DNA of 64,000 bases from Candidatus Multivorans sp. (GCA_965247095.1 OZ251997.1:2272001-2336000), one strand, 5' to 3'; shown: positions 49,554 through 59,503, counted from the first letter of the stretch. Notes: generated by a model not told the origin, from the sequence alone. Program-made: numbers and translations.

Positions 49554-50591
49554 ATGTCCACACGCATGTTGCTGCTCGCTCTCGGCTGTGCCGGCGCCGC
49601 CGGATTCCTCGGCGCCGCGGGTCACGCCAAGACCTCCGACACGATGGCCGCGGCCGCGAACAATCTGCTCGCGTCGCTCGACGCCGACCAGCGCACAACC
49701 GTGATGCTCGACTTCAATGCCGCCGAGCGCGTCGACTGGCACTTCATCCCCAAGGAGCGCAAAGGCCTGTCGATGCTCGATATGAGCCCGGACCAGCACC
49801 ACCTCGTCCACGCCCTGCTCAGCGCCTCGCTGAGCCGCACGGGATACGGCAAGACGGCGACCGTGATGAGCCTGGAGGCCGTGCTGCGGAAGCTCGAAGA
49901 GGCGGCAGGCGGGAACCCCTTCACGTCAATGCGGGATCCGCTCCGCTACCACGTGACCTTCTTCGGCGCACCCAGCGAAGACGGCGACTGGGCATGGAGC
50001 TTCGAGGGGCACCACGTCTCCCTGAACTTCACCGTCGTCGCCGGAGACGCGACCGCCTCCACACCCCTGTTCCTGGGCGCCAACCCGCACCGGGTGCCCA
50101 GCGGCCCGCGCGAGGGTCTACGCGCCCTGGGACGCGAGGAGGATCTCGCCCGGACGCTGCTCGAATCCCTAAACGACGACCAGCGCAAGAAGGCGATGCT
50201 CGGCGACGAGGCGCCGCGCGACATCTTCAGTTCGAACCAACCGCGGGTGGAACGCCAGGTGCCAAGAGGCGTACCGGCGAGCGCCCTCAGCGAAGAGCAG
50301 CGCGAGTTGCTCGACGCCCTGATCGACGAGTACGCGGGGAACGTTCCCCCCGACCTGGCCGCCAAGCGCCGCGCTCAGGTCAAGGCCGCAGGCAACGCGA
50401 TCCACTTCGCCTGGATGGGGCCGGACGAACCCGGCGCGCCGCACTACTACCGCGTGCAGGCGCCGGACTTCGTCATCGAGTACGACAACGTCCAGAACGC
50501 CGCCAACCACAGCCACACGGTGTGGCGCGACTTCGACGGCGACTTCGGCCGCGACCTCCTCGCCGAGCACCATCGCGACTACAAGCACTGA
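49554..50591 (+). CDS. DUF3500 family secreted protein
   Basis: AGGAG RBS; WHFIPKERKG, FEGHHVSLNFT, TPLFLGANP, IEYDNVQNAANHSHTVWRD..GDFG. Confidence 0.88.
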   Translation: MSTRMLLLALGCAGAAGFLGAAGHAKTSDTMAAAANNLLASLDADQRTTVMLDFNAAERVDWHFIPKERKGLSMLDMSPDQHHLVHALLSASLSRTGYGKTATVMSLEAVLRKLEEAAGGNPFTSMRDPLRYHVTFFGAPSEDGDWAWSFEGHHVSLNFTVVAGDATASTPLFLGANPHRVPSGPREGLRALGREEDLARTLLESLNDDQRKKAMLGDEAPRDIFSSNQPRVERQVPRGVPASALSEEQRELLDALIDEYAGNVPPDLAAKRRAQVKAAGNAIHFAWMGPDEPGAPHYYRVQAPDFVIEYDNVQNAANHSHTVWRDFDGDFGRDLLAEHHRDYKH

Positions 50592-50602
50592 GGCGGCCGC
50601 CA

Positions 50603-50800
50603 AACAAGATCTGCATAACTGACGCTCGCTTATGCTGGAGTTATGAGGATCTTCTTCTTCTGGATCTTGGGAAAAACAAGATCCTCATAACTTCCTCCAA
50701 AAGAACGCTCCGTTATGAGGATCTTGTTTTGCGGGATTGCCGGAGCAACAAGATCCACATAACTCCCCCATAAGGATGCTCGAGTTATGGGGATCTTTGT
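50603..50800. repeat. Array of six 18-bp repeats in alternating orientation with exact 18-bp spacers
   Basis: Consensus AACAAGATCCTCATAACT forward at 50603, 50675, 50747 and reverse at 50639, 50711, 50783. Confidence 0.95.
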
Positions 50801-50834
50801 TGCTTGTCGTTCCTCGGCACGCCAACAGGCCGCC

Positions 50835-52430
50835 TCACTCGACGCCCGCCCGAACGTACCGCGTGCCGCGCCGCTCGCCGCGACGTTCCAGGCGGCCGCT
50901 CGCAACGAGCCGCGCAAGCACGGCCAGCGCCTGCGGGCGGCTAAGTCTCGTCCGTTCCCGCAGGATCGCGTTGGTCACCGGGGTCTTTCGCGCCATCTTC
51001 AGCACGAGGGCGTCAACCTCCGCGACGCTGAGGTGTGCGTGGCTCCGTTCCAGGTCGCTGCTGATCCGGTACGCGGCGCCGCCGCGCACACCCTCCTGCA
51101 CCAGCAGGCCCGCGTCGCGAAGCCGCTGGAGTACGCCGCGGGAAGCAAGCGCATCGACGCCGAGGATGTCCCTTGCCCGCGCGTTGGTCAGCCGCTCCCC
51201 GCGCGCCGCAACCACCAACAGGAGACGATCCTTGGGCTGCAACTCGCCCTGCTGCTCGAGTTCATGGACCCAGGCTCTCTCCTCCTTCGTCACCGTCGCT
51301 TCCAGCCACAGGGTGACGGCTACCGACCGACCGGCGCCCGGTTCCGAGAACTCGGGCGACCGCAGCAGGTTCGCCGCCATCTCGTCCTCCATCACGTCGA
51401 CACCGCGCCCGGCGTCTTCGGCCAAGCCGAATCGCCGGAGAGCAGCAATCACGGCCTGATTCCGCGCCGCGTTCTGCTCACGCATGTTCTCGATCGTCAC
51501 CGGCTCCGGCAGCCCGCCAGGAGAGGTGACGATCACGCAGTTCGGTCGAATCTCGACCCGCACGGAGGCGCCATGCACCTCGTAGGAGCGGTGCGCGACA
51601 GCGTTGGCGATCGCCTCTCGCACAACCTTCTCGGGTAGGCGCGAAAGCTCGTGCCTGTAGAGGCCGGGCACGACCAAGTCGAAGCCGATCTCCCGCATCA
51701 CGATCTCCGTCGTCCTCTCGACCTGGGTCGGCAACGGGCCGGCAACCTCCTCCCTGCGGTCGTAGGCGTCGCCCTCGTCGCGGTAACGGAAGATCTCGAC
51801 GAGAGCCTTGCCGAGAAACTGCTTCGGCTCGGTCGTCAGGTAGAGCACGCCCGCGACCGTCAACCGACCGTCGTCGGTGGCGAAGCCCTGCTCCCGGAGG
51901 CGATCCTTCAGCCCCTCGTCGCCCCAGCCCCAAACCCGGGCCAATCCACTCAACAGCCCGGTATCGGCTTCCGCAAGCGGGACCGCCGTGTCGGTGCGCT
52001 CGAAGCTCTGCAAGAAACGCGCAGCCACGAGTTCCGACAGGGCGCGGCCGACCAGCGGCCTGTTGGAGGCACCCCTCCGCGCCAATACCCGGCCGTCGGA
52101 AGTCTGGGAGACGCCCTCTTCTCGTCGATGCACCGAGAGGACGACGACCATACGGTCATCGACGCCAAGCTCCTGGATCTCGTAGCGACCCGGATCGTGA
52201 AGATTCGCCACGACCTGGTGCAGCCGTGCATCGCGCTCACCGTTCGGACTCGCGCCCTTGACGCTGCCGTCGTCGCGTACGCCGATCAGGACCACGCCGC
52301 CGTCGGCGTTCGAGAAGGCGACCACGGCCTGACCGATCCTGTCGGCCGACAGGCCCTCCTTGAACTCGACATAGGTGCCTTCGCCGCGCACATCGGCGCC
52401 GAACTCGCGCTCAAACTCGCTAGCGGTCAA
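50835..52430 (-). CDS. AlbA_2 (Schlafen-like) + HATPase_c_4 + wHTH protein
   Basis: EGTYVEFKE, AFSNADGGVVLIGVRDDG, REAIANAVAHRSY, SPGGLP, RN..IA, GRGV, two C-terminal wHTH-like segments; start uncertain (TTG 52430 or ATG 52520). Confidence 0.88.
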   Translation of the reverse strand: MTASEFEREFGADVRGEGTYVEFKEGLSADRIGQAVVAFSNADGGVVLIGVRDDGSVKGASPNGERDARLHQVVANLHDPGRYEIQELGVDDRMVVVLSVHRREEGVSQTSDGRVLARRGASNRPLVGRALSELVAARFLQSFERTDTAVPLAEADTGLLSGLARVWGWGDEGLKDRLREQGFATDDGRLTVAGVLYLTTEPKQFLGKALVEIFRYRDEGDAYDRREEVAGPLPTQVERTTEIVMREIGFDLVVPGLYRHELSRLPEKVVREAIANAVAHRSYEVHGASVRVEIRPNCVIVTSPGGLPEPVTIENMREQNAARNQAVIAALRRFGLAEDAGRGVDVMEDEMAANLLRSPEFSEPGAGRSVAVTLWLEATVTKEERAWVHELEQQGELQPKDRLLLVVAARGERLTNARARDILGVDALASRGVLQRLRDAGLLVQEGVRGGAAYRISSDLERSHAHLSVAEVDALVLKMARKTPVTNAILRERTRLSRPQALAVLARLVASGRLERRGERRGTRYVRAGVE

Positions 52431-52470
52431 AGAGGACGGTCGAGGCCGTGGGCAACGGGGGTGGAACAGG

Positions 52471-52602
52471 GGATATGACGAACTTCTTCTCGCTCTAGTC
52501 ACGGAATCCAAGTCTGTCATAACTCTCTCGGCCCGTCTCGACACAATCTCAAAAACCCTCACAACTTGGACATATCGGAACGGGAATTACGAGGATCTTG
52601 TC
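52471..52602. repeat. Degenerate copies of the same 18-bp repeat on the other side of the AlbA_2 gene
   Basis: Reverse 52471 (13/18), forward 52507, forward 52549 (12/18), reverse 52585 (15/18); each pair keeps the 18-bp spacer. Confidence 0.7.
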
Positions 52603-52844
52603 CTAGGAGGGTGCGCGGCAGAAACTGGGTGCGCCGGCGCCCCCGCCGGCTTCTGAGAGACACGCGCCGCGAAGCGGCGACGACACTGCCGCGCTAGCCC
52701 CGCCAGGAGAACACCGTCGCTTCGCCCCGGCCGGAACGTACCGCGGTTCGGGAGGCTCCCTGTGGCGCCCGGCACGGACCGGTAGGACAAGCGCATGTCC
52801 GGACAGGTTGCTAGGGTTGCGCCCCCAACGACTTAGGAGGCGCC

Positions 52845-53867
52845 ATGCCAGCACCCAAGCCCGGCACGGCCGAGTGGCTTGCCCAGGTCCAGGAAGAAAC
52901 GGTCGATCCCAGCCGGCGGATCGTCGATCCGCACCATCACCTGTGGCGCCGCCCGACCGGCGACTACCTGCTCGAGAATCTGTGGGGCGACACCGAGGCG
53001 GTCGGCGCCGACGGCGAGAGCCACAACATCGAGAAGACGGTGTTCGTCGAGTGCCGGGCCTGCTACCGCGAGGACGGTCCGGAGCACCTGCGGTGCATCG
53101 GTGAGACCGAGTTCGTGGCCGAGATCGCCGCCGCCTCCGCCGAGGGCGACGGCGCCACGATCGCCGGCATCGTCAGCCACGCGAACCTGACCCTGGGCGA
53201 AGGCGTCGCGGAAGTGCTCGACGCGCACGAAGAGGCCGGCAACGGACTGTTCCGCGGCATCCGCCACAGCGGCGCCCGCGACCCGCACCCCGAAGCGCTG
53301 CGCATTGCCGGCCGGGCGCCCGAGGGCCTGTACGCCCGCGACGACTTCCGCCGTGGCATGAAGGTGCTGGGCGACCGCGGCCTGACCTTCGACGCCTGGC
53401 ACTACCACCACCAGAACCGCGACTTCGCCGCCCTGGCGCGCGCCGTGCCGGAAACGACGATGATCCTCGATCACTTCGGCACGCCCCTCGGCGTCGGCCC
53501 CTACGCCGACAAGCGAGACGAGATCTTCGAGCGCTGGAAGCGCGACATCGCGGAGATCGCGGAATGCCCGAACGTGGTCGCCAAGATCGGTGGCCTGGCG
53601 ATGCCGGACAACGGCTTCGGCTGGAACGAGCGCGCCACGCCGGCCACGTCCGATGAACTCGTCGCCGCCCAGCGCCGCTACTACCTGCACACGATCGAGT
53701 GCTTCGGTCCCGAGCGCTGCATGTTCGAGAGCAACTTCCCGGTCGACAAGCTCTCGATCCCCTACCACGCGATGGCCAACGGCCTGAAGAAGATTGCGGC
53801 CGAGTTCACAGACGACGAGCAGGACGCGATGTTCTACCGCACGGCAGAGCGGGTCTACTCGTTGTGA
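52845..53867 (+). CDS. Amidohydrolase family protein (Amidohydro_2)
   Basis: VDPHHHLW, FRGIR, ILDHFG, MFESNFPVDK, TAERVY. Confidence 0.92.
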   Translation: MPAPKPGTAEWLAQVQEETVDPSRRIVDPHHHLWRRPTGDYLLENLWGDTEAVGADGESHNIEKTVFVECRACYREDGPEHLRCIGETEFVAEIAAASAEGDGATIAGIVSHANLTLGEGVAEVLDAHEEAGNGLFRGIRHSGARDPHPEALRIAGRAPEGLYARDDFRRGMKVLGDRGLTFDAWHYHHQNRDFAALARAVPETTMILDHFGTPLGVGPYADKRDEIFERWKRDIAEIAECPNVVAKIGGLAMPDNGFGWNERATPATSDELVAAQRRYYLHTIECFGPERCMFESNFPVDKLSIPYHAMANGLKKIAAEFTDDEQDAMFYRTAERVYSL

Positions 53868-55306
53868 AGCCACTCCAGGCTGCCGTCTGCGGCCTTCTGG
53901 CCGCTACGTGCGCCTGGAGCCAGACTCAGGAGCCGGCCGCAGGCGAGCCGCCGGCACGGCGCTGGACCACTCTCGAACGGCTTTCCCTGGAACGGCTCGC
54001 GGCCGCTCACGCCGATGTCCAACGGCTGCGCGAGGCGGTTCGACCGCCGGCGCCGCTCCCCGCGCTCAACGACTTCCGCGGCATCTTCCACGCTCACGCC
54101 GGCGACTCGGCTCACACCGCCGGCACACCGGAGGAGATCCTCCGCGACGCAAGGCGCATCGGCGTCGACGTGATCTTTCTCTCCGACCACCACCGGCCAC
54201 CCCAGGACTTCATGGACAGTTGGCGCGGCATCCATGACGGCGTCCTGTTCGTCCCCGGCTCGGAGGCGCACGGCTTCCTGATCCACCCCGAGGCTTCGGT
54301 CGCCGCGCACATGGACAGTGACGCCGCGAGCCTGCTGCGCGAGGTCAATCGAGGCGCCGGCATGGCCTTCCTGTCCCACATCGAGGAGCGGGTCGATCAT
54401 CCGATGGACGGCTTGACCGGCATGGAGATCTACAACCGCCATGCCGACGCGCTCGACGACGGCGATTCGATGCGCGCCCTGGTCGCCTGGATCATCGACC
54501 CGGACCAATCGCGCACCCTCGCCCAGTCTGTCGAACTCTACCCCGAGGAGGTGTTCGGCGCCCAGTTCGACTACCCCGCCCTGTACCTGGAGAAGTGGGA
54601 CCGCGAAACCGCCCGGCGCCAGGTCGTCGGCGTCAACGCGAGCGACTGCCACCACAACCAGGTCTTCGTCGTGATCAAGGTCGACGACAACTCCGTCCGC
54701 GTCGGCACGATCGTCGACGACCCCGACGAGATGACGGTCTTCCACGCCGACGACTGGCCGCGACTCCCCGAACTCGTCCGCGGCCACCAACCCGGAGACA
54801 CCGTCGGCCGCTACGATCTCGACCCGTACTGGGTCTCGATGCGGAACTCGACCACCCACATCCTGGCCACGGAACTCACCGAGGAGGCAATCCGCTCCGC
54901 CGTCGCCGCCGGCCACGTCTACGTCGCGCACGATTGGCTGGCCGATCCGACGGGCTTCTCCTTCTACGTCGCAGAAGGGGAAGCACCGGCCGACTCACAG
55001 ACGCCACGGCCCATCGCCATCATGGGCGACGAGTGGACCCGGAAAGCCGGAGCCGAGGCCTACCTGAGAGCACACTTTCCCCTCCCGGTCTACATCCGCC
55101 TCCTCCGCAACCGTAACGAAGTCGCCGCCACCGAAGCACGATCGTTCGAACATCGCCTCGATCAGCCCGGCGTCTACAGGATCGAAGCCTGGCTCGAAGT
55201 CGACGGCGAGTGGCGAACCTGGATCTACTCGAATCCGGTGTACGTCAGTCAAGGCCCGCCCTTCTTGCACGCACGAGCACCTGCTCCCGCCGTTGGCCTT
55301 CGGTAG
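53864..55306 (+). CDS. Secreted PHP-domain metallohydrolase
   Basis: GTGA overlap; HAH..DSAH, LSDH, GMEIYN, SDCHHN, WIYSNPVY. Confidence 0.8.
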   Translation: MKPLQAAVCGLLAATCAWSQTQEPAAGEPPARRWTTLERLSLERLAAAHADVQRLREAVRPPAPLPALNDFRGIFHAHAGDSAHTAGTPEEILRDARRIGVDVIFLSDHHRPPQDFMDSWRGIHDGVLFVPGSEAHGFLIHPEASVAAHMDSDAASLLREVNRGAGMAFLSHIEERVDHPMDGLTGMEIYNRHADALDDGDSMRALVAWIIDPDQSRTLAQSVELYPEEVFGAQFDYPALYLEKWDRETARRQVVGVNASDCHHNQVFVVIKVDDNSVRVGTIVDDPDEMTVFHADDWPRLPELVRGHQPGDTVGRYDLDPYWVSMRNSTTHILATELTEEAIRSAVAAGHVYVAHDWLADPTGFSFYVAEGEAPADSQTPRPIAIMGDEWTRKAGAEAYLRAHFPLPVYIRLLRNRNEVAATEARSFEHRLDQPGVYRIEAWLEVDGEWRTWIYSNPVYVSQGPPFLHARAPAPAVGLR

Positions 55307-55940
55307 CCAGAGGCAGAGGCTCCAGTGCCGCGATCGCTTCGCCTCTCTCCGACTGGCTGACCTGCCACTGATCGCACTGGTTCTGAAGTCCCAACCAGAA
55401 GTCGGCACCTACCCAGGTCACGCGTTCCATACGCAACGCGAAGTCTGCAGTGACGGCCTCTTCACCTCGTAGGACCGCGCGTAACAACACCGTGGAAACA
55501 CCGAGGCGTTCGGCGAACTCCTCTTCGGTTAACCCCAACCCCTCCAGAAACAACTTGCCAAGCAACCCGCCCGGATGGGGTGGCGGACCGGCTGGCCGTT
55601 CGCACCGCCGGCTCGCTCGAACCGGCACCCCGACCGTTCGGCCTTCCTTGCCGGCAAGCTCCAACGGTTCGGGCGCTCCGGCACCGACGGCATAGGCGTA
55701 GACCTCCAGCGGATGTTGCCGCCATCGCTTCCGGGGCAGGTAGAACAAGCCCAGGATCAGGTAGCACAGGTAGTACGGCAGCACCCAACACCGCCGGCAC
55801 TGGTACCAGTGGTAGTGCTCATGCGCGACTGTTGCTGGTGTCCTTCGCCCCCGCCGGTACAGGATGAACGGCCAGAGCATGATCACTGCGATCCAAGGCG
55901 GAACGAACCGCGTCTCGATCTCGATGGGCTTCCGAAACAC
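55245..55940 (-). CDS. HExxH peptidase-like domain fused to HigA-type HTH antitoxin
   Basis: TVAHEHYHWYQ...HPLEVYAY, then PPHPGGLL...LGLTEEEFAERLGVS...VTADFALR...ADFWLGLQ. Confidence 0.7.
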   Translation of the reverse strand: MFRKPIEIETRFVPPWIAVIMLWPFILYRRGRRTPATVAHEHYHWYQCRRCWVLPYYLCYLILGLFYLPRKRWRQHPLEVYAYAVGAGAPEPLELAGKEGRTVGVPVRASRRCERPAGPPPHPGGLLGKLFLEGLGLTEEEFAERLGVSTVLLRAVLRGEEAVTADFALRMERVTWVGADFWLGLQNQCDQWQVSQSERGEAIAALEPLPLATEGQRREQVLVRARRAGLD

Positions 55941-55998
55941 AGCATCCCCCCGCGTCTGCGTTCATGATCCGTTCTGTCGTCCTTACCGCCTCAAGAAT

Positions 55999-57918
55999 CT
56001 ATAACAGAGAAGACCGGAGGCCGGGGCAAGCCGCCGGCATCCGACAGCCTCTCTCTACGTGCGCCGGCCTTCTGGCCGGCGTCCGCCCAGTCCCAACCGC
56101 GTTCCACTGCACCGGTACTTCGCCGTACCTCGTGCGGATGTATTTCTCCGTGTCGTCGGCCGAGAGCTTCACGGTTCCGGGGCCGCTGCGCACGAAGAAG
56201 TCGCCACCTGCTGTGGTCTCGATGCCCTTCCAAGCGAGATAGACCGGCTCCGGACTGCGACGACAACTCACGACACACACGCTCTCGCCGTCGACGATCT
56301 GCATCTTGGGATCGATGCAGGTGCCGGCACGGTCTCCGAGACCGTTACGAACCACCTGGGCGAGGTGGCGCATGAATTTGTCGTCGTTGTCGAGACGGTC
56401 ATGGTCGATGCCCACAATCGACCCGTCGTCCGCCACGCCGAGCAACAGATCGCCGCCCTCGGTATTGAGGAAGGCGGCAATCGTCTTCAGGGCGGCGTGG
56501 GTGATGCGCGCGTCGTCCTTGCGGTCCTCCCTGAGGTTCCAGCGCAGCGTGGACTTGAACTCCAGGGTTGCCGATTCACCGCCCTTGATCAGCTCTACGG
56601 CGCTGCGGTGGCCGCGGAGATAGAGGTCAAAGAGGTAGTTCTTGAGGGGCGCCCCCAAAACGCGGTCGTCCGTGATGCGCTTGTAGAGATCGAAGTTCAA
56701 ATCGACGATCTCCTGAATCGCCTGATCGACCTTGTGGTCGAAGGTCAACCGGACGTTGTCGCGGGTGTTCACTCGCGCGGCGGCGTCCAGCCCGGCGTCG
56801 TCTTCGAGCCTTCCCATCATCTGGCCGAGGGTGAGGCGGCTGTCATCACCGAGATCGATCCCGAAGCGGTCGTTCAGCTCGGCGACAATTCGCGACAGCA
56901 TCTCTATCTCTTCCTCTGCCTGCTTCTGCGGGTCCTTGGCGCGGATGGGGTCGAGCACGCCCGCCCGACGGGAAGGACCGATCTTGCCGCTGCTCGTCTC
57001 CTGGATGCGGTACGACTCCATGTCGATGTTCTGCTGGACCTCGCGCGGCAGTTCCTCCTGATCGACAGTTAGCAGGCGGCGCGCGTACCGCGCAAAGGCG
57101 TACAGCTTCTCCAGATCGGTGTCGGCGAAGGTCAACACCTGGGAAAGAAAGCCATAGAGCCGCACATAGTCGATGAGGCGCCCGCGGAACTCTCTCCGCT
57201 CGTCCTCATGGAGCTCCTTGAACCGCTTGACGACAGGCGCGAGCACTGCATAGAGCCGATCCTGTTGGACTCCCTCCTTGAAGTAGGCCGCGGCAAAGGC
57301 GTCGACGTCGGCAGATGTGTACACCGGCACCGACTCGAGGTGCGTCTGGACTTCGTAAAGCAAATTCGGATCGGTCGCTTCCGACAGCAGCGTCGTCTCG
57401 TAGTAGCTTTCGAACGCCTTTCTGATGTCGTCCGCCTCATTGGCGAAGTCGAGCACCATCGTGCCCTGTTTCTCGGGATGGGTGCGATTGAGCCGCGACA
57501 GGGTCTGCACGGCATTCACGCCGCCCAGCATCTTGTCCACGTACATGGTGTGCAGCAGCGGCTGGTCGGGGCCCTCGAAGGTCTTGGCCGTCTGTAGCTC
57601 CGAGAACCCGTTCATGCCGGGCTCGGTGTAGGACTTGCCGCCGTCTTCCACCGTGCCGGAGAAGGCAACCACCGCCTTGAACGGGTAGCCCTGCTCGGCC
57701 ATGTAGGCATCCACGGCCAGCTTTTAGCGCACCGTGTGCAGGCGGGAGCGAGTGACGATCATCGCCTTCGCCTTGCCGCCGATCTGGTTCTGCACCTGCT
57801 TGGCGAAGTGCTCGACCATGATGCGCATCTTGGTGTCGATGGCATGCGGGTGGAGTTCGACGAACGACTTGAGCAGATAGGTGGCCTTGCGCTTGTCGTA
57901 CCGGGGATCGTTCTCGAC
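55999..57918 (-). pseudogene. hsdR: hsdR C-terminal half fused to an AlbA_2 domain; 5' part removed at IS4, internal TAA and small deletion
   Basis: GGKAKAMIVTRSRLH.VR*K (TAA 57724-57726), VAFSG, QPLLHTMYVDK, VQTLSRLNR, VLDFAN; then ESATLEFKSTLRW...IAAFLNTEGGDLLLGVADDG. Confidence 0.88.
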
Positions 57919-59194
57919 CAGTGCTGTCCCACAAACGGAGGGTCAGGATGGGTCTGAATCGTGCCCTGTCGTATGATTGGTTTTCACACAAAGCCAATGA
58001 CGGCAAGGAGATCCAGACCCATGGCGCACAATGGTACCGTACTCGGTCAGTTCCTCAAGCTGGTGTCGAGACATGAGTTCGAGCGGGAGGCGGGAAGGCA
58101 CCACAGGGGACGCAAGCTGCGCTCGATGAGCCGCTGGAGCCAGTTCGTAGCGATGGCGACGGCCCAGCTTTCCGGGCGGTGCAGCCTGCGCGACATCGTG
58201 TCGAACCTGGACGCGCAGGCTCACAAGCTCTACCACCTTGGCGTGGGCCGGGTGGCCCGGTCGTCGCTGGCGCGCGTCAACGAGAAGCAGCCCTCCGGTC
58301 TCTACGAGGCGTTGTTCGGTCGTTTGCTGGCGCGATGCCGTACGACGGCGCCGGGGCACGGGTTCCGGTTCCACAACAAGCTGTTCTCGCTGGATGCGAC
58401 GTACGTGGACCTGTGCCTGGAGCTGTTTCCGTGGGCGCAGTACCGCACGACGAAGGGGGCGCTGAAGCTCCACGTGGGGCTGGACCACGAAGGCTTTCTG
58501 CCGGCGTTCCTGCAAGTCACGGACGGCAAGGGGTCGGACGTTGAGGTGGCGCGGTCCCTTCGTCTGCCGAAGGGAAGCATCGTCGCTGCGGACCGGCTGT
58601 ACCTCGACTTCGAGTGGCTGAAATCCCTTGATGCACAAGGGGTTTTCCTGGTCACCCGCCTGAAGCGCAAGGTCAAGTACGCGGTTCGGGAGCGGCGCTC
58701 GTTCGCTCGCGGCCGGGGCGTGACGTCGGACCAGACCATCGAGCTGACCAGCGTCAAGGGGCGCAAGCGGTGCCCGATTCCGTTGCGTCGGGTCGGCTAT
58801 CGCGACCCGGAGACGGGCCGGCACTACAAGTTCCTGACCAACAACTTCAGCCTCGCTCCGAAGACCATCGCGGCCATCTACAAGCAGCGTTGGCAGATCG
58901 AGACCTTCTTCAAGTGGATCAAGCAGAACCTGCGCATCAAGAGCTTCGTCGGCGCCTCGCCCAACGCGGTCATGACGCAGATCTGGATCGCCGTGTGCGT
59001 CCATCTCCTGCTCGCCTACCTGAAGTTCGTCAACAAGATGTCCTGGACCATGAGCGAAATCCTGCGCCTTCTGCAACTCAACCTGTTCGACCGAAGATCG
59101 CTGCTGGACCTCTTCGAACCTCCGAGCGGACCACCCGACCCGAACAACACGAGAACTCAACTCGCTCTACTCTGAAGTTTGTGGGACAGCAATG
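57919..59194 (+). mobile_element. IS4 family insertion sequence
   Basis: Terminal inverted repeats CAGTGCTGTCCCACAAAC (57919-57936) and GTTTGTGGGACAGCAATG (59177-59194), 17/18 match; no flanking direct repeat seen. Confidence 0.92.
58021..59175 (+). CDS. IS4 family DDE transposase (DUF4372 N-terminus)
   Basis: SLDAT, KLHVG, ADRLY, YKQRWQIETFFKWIKQNL (YREK motif). Confidence 0.95.
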   Translation: MAHNGTVLGQFLKLVSRHEFEREAGRHHRGRKLRSMSRWSQFVAMATAQLSGRCSLRDIVSNLDAQAHKLYHLGVGRVARSSLARVNEKQPSGLYEALFGRLLARCRTTAPGHGFRFHNKLFSLDATYVDLCLELFPWAQYRTTKGALKLHVGLDHEGFLPAFLQVTDGKGSDVEVARSLRLPKGSIVAADRLYLDFEWLKSLDAQGVFLVTRLKRKVKYAVRERRSFARGRGVTSDQTIELTSVKGRKRCPIPLRRVGYRDPETGRHYKFLTNNFSLAPKTIAAIYKQRWQIETFFKWIKQNLRIKSFVGASPNAVMTQIWIAVCVHLLLAYLKFVNKMSWTMSEILRLLQLNLFDRRSLLDLFEPPSGPPDPNNTRTQLALL

Positions 59195-59379
59195 GTTCCT
59201 TTCAGCGCCTCCGTCAAGCGATAGGAATAGCCAAGTAGTCGCCGAAGAACGTCCTGTCTCAACGCCCGTTTGGCGCGTCTTCTGTCGAGGCAACTGATCA
59301 CACACGCGACCGTGACGCCTACGACCAAGCCTGAGATGATCGACGACAGTAACGGGACGACCCACGAGTAGTTTGCCAT
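59195..59379 (-). pseudogene. Small single-TM protein truncated by the IS4 end
   Basis: AGGAGAGG RBS; MANYSWVVPLLSSIISGLVVGV...; ORF runs into the IS inverted repeat. Confidence 0.55.
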
Positions 59380-59503
59380 GTCCTCTCCTGACTAACTCAA
59401 ACCCAACTGATCGCGACCGCCGGTCACCTCGCCATGCATGCGCATGATGTCAAGCACAGCACTGCCGTGGCGAATCCCCCACCCGAACACAGTCAGCGCT
59501 CCT

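Noticed and set aside
50603-50800. CRISPR or TIGR array
   Set aside because: Repeats are 18 bp and alternate in orientation, spacers are related to each other, and no cas or Nop-domain gene is in the window; the 36-bp period alone is not enough
52605-52700. TPP riboswitch (GGGTGC...CTGAGA)
   Set aside because: The downstream ACCTGAT/AATGC conserved elements are absent and the next gene is not thiamine related
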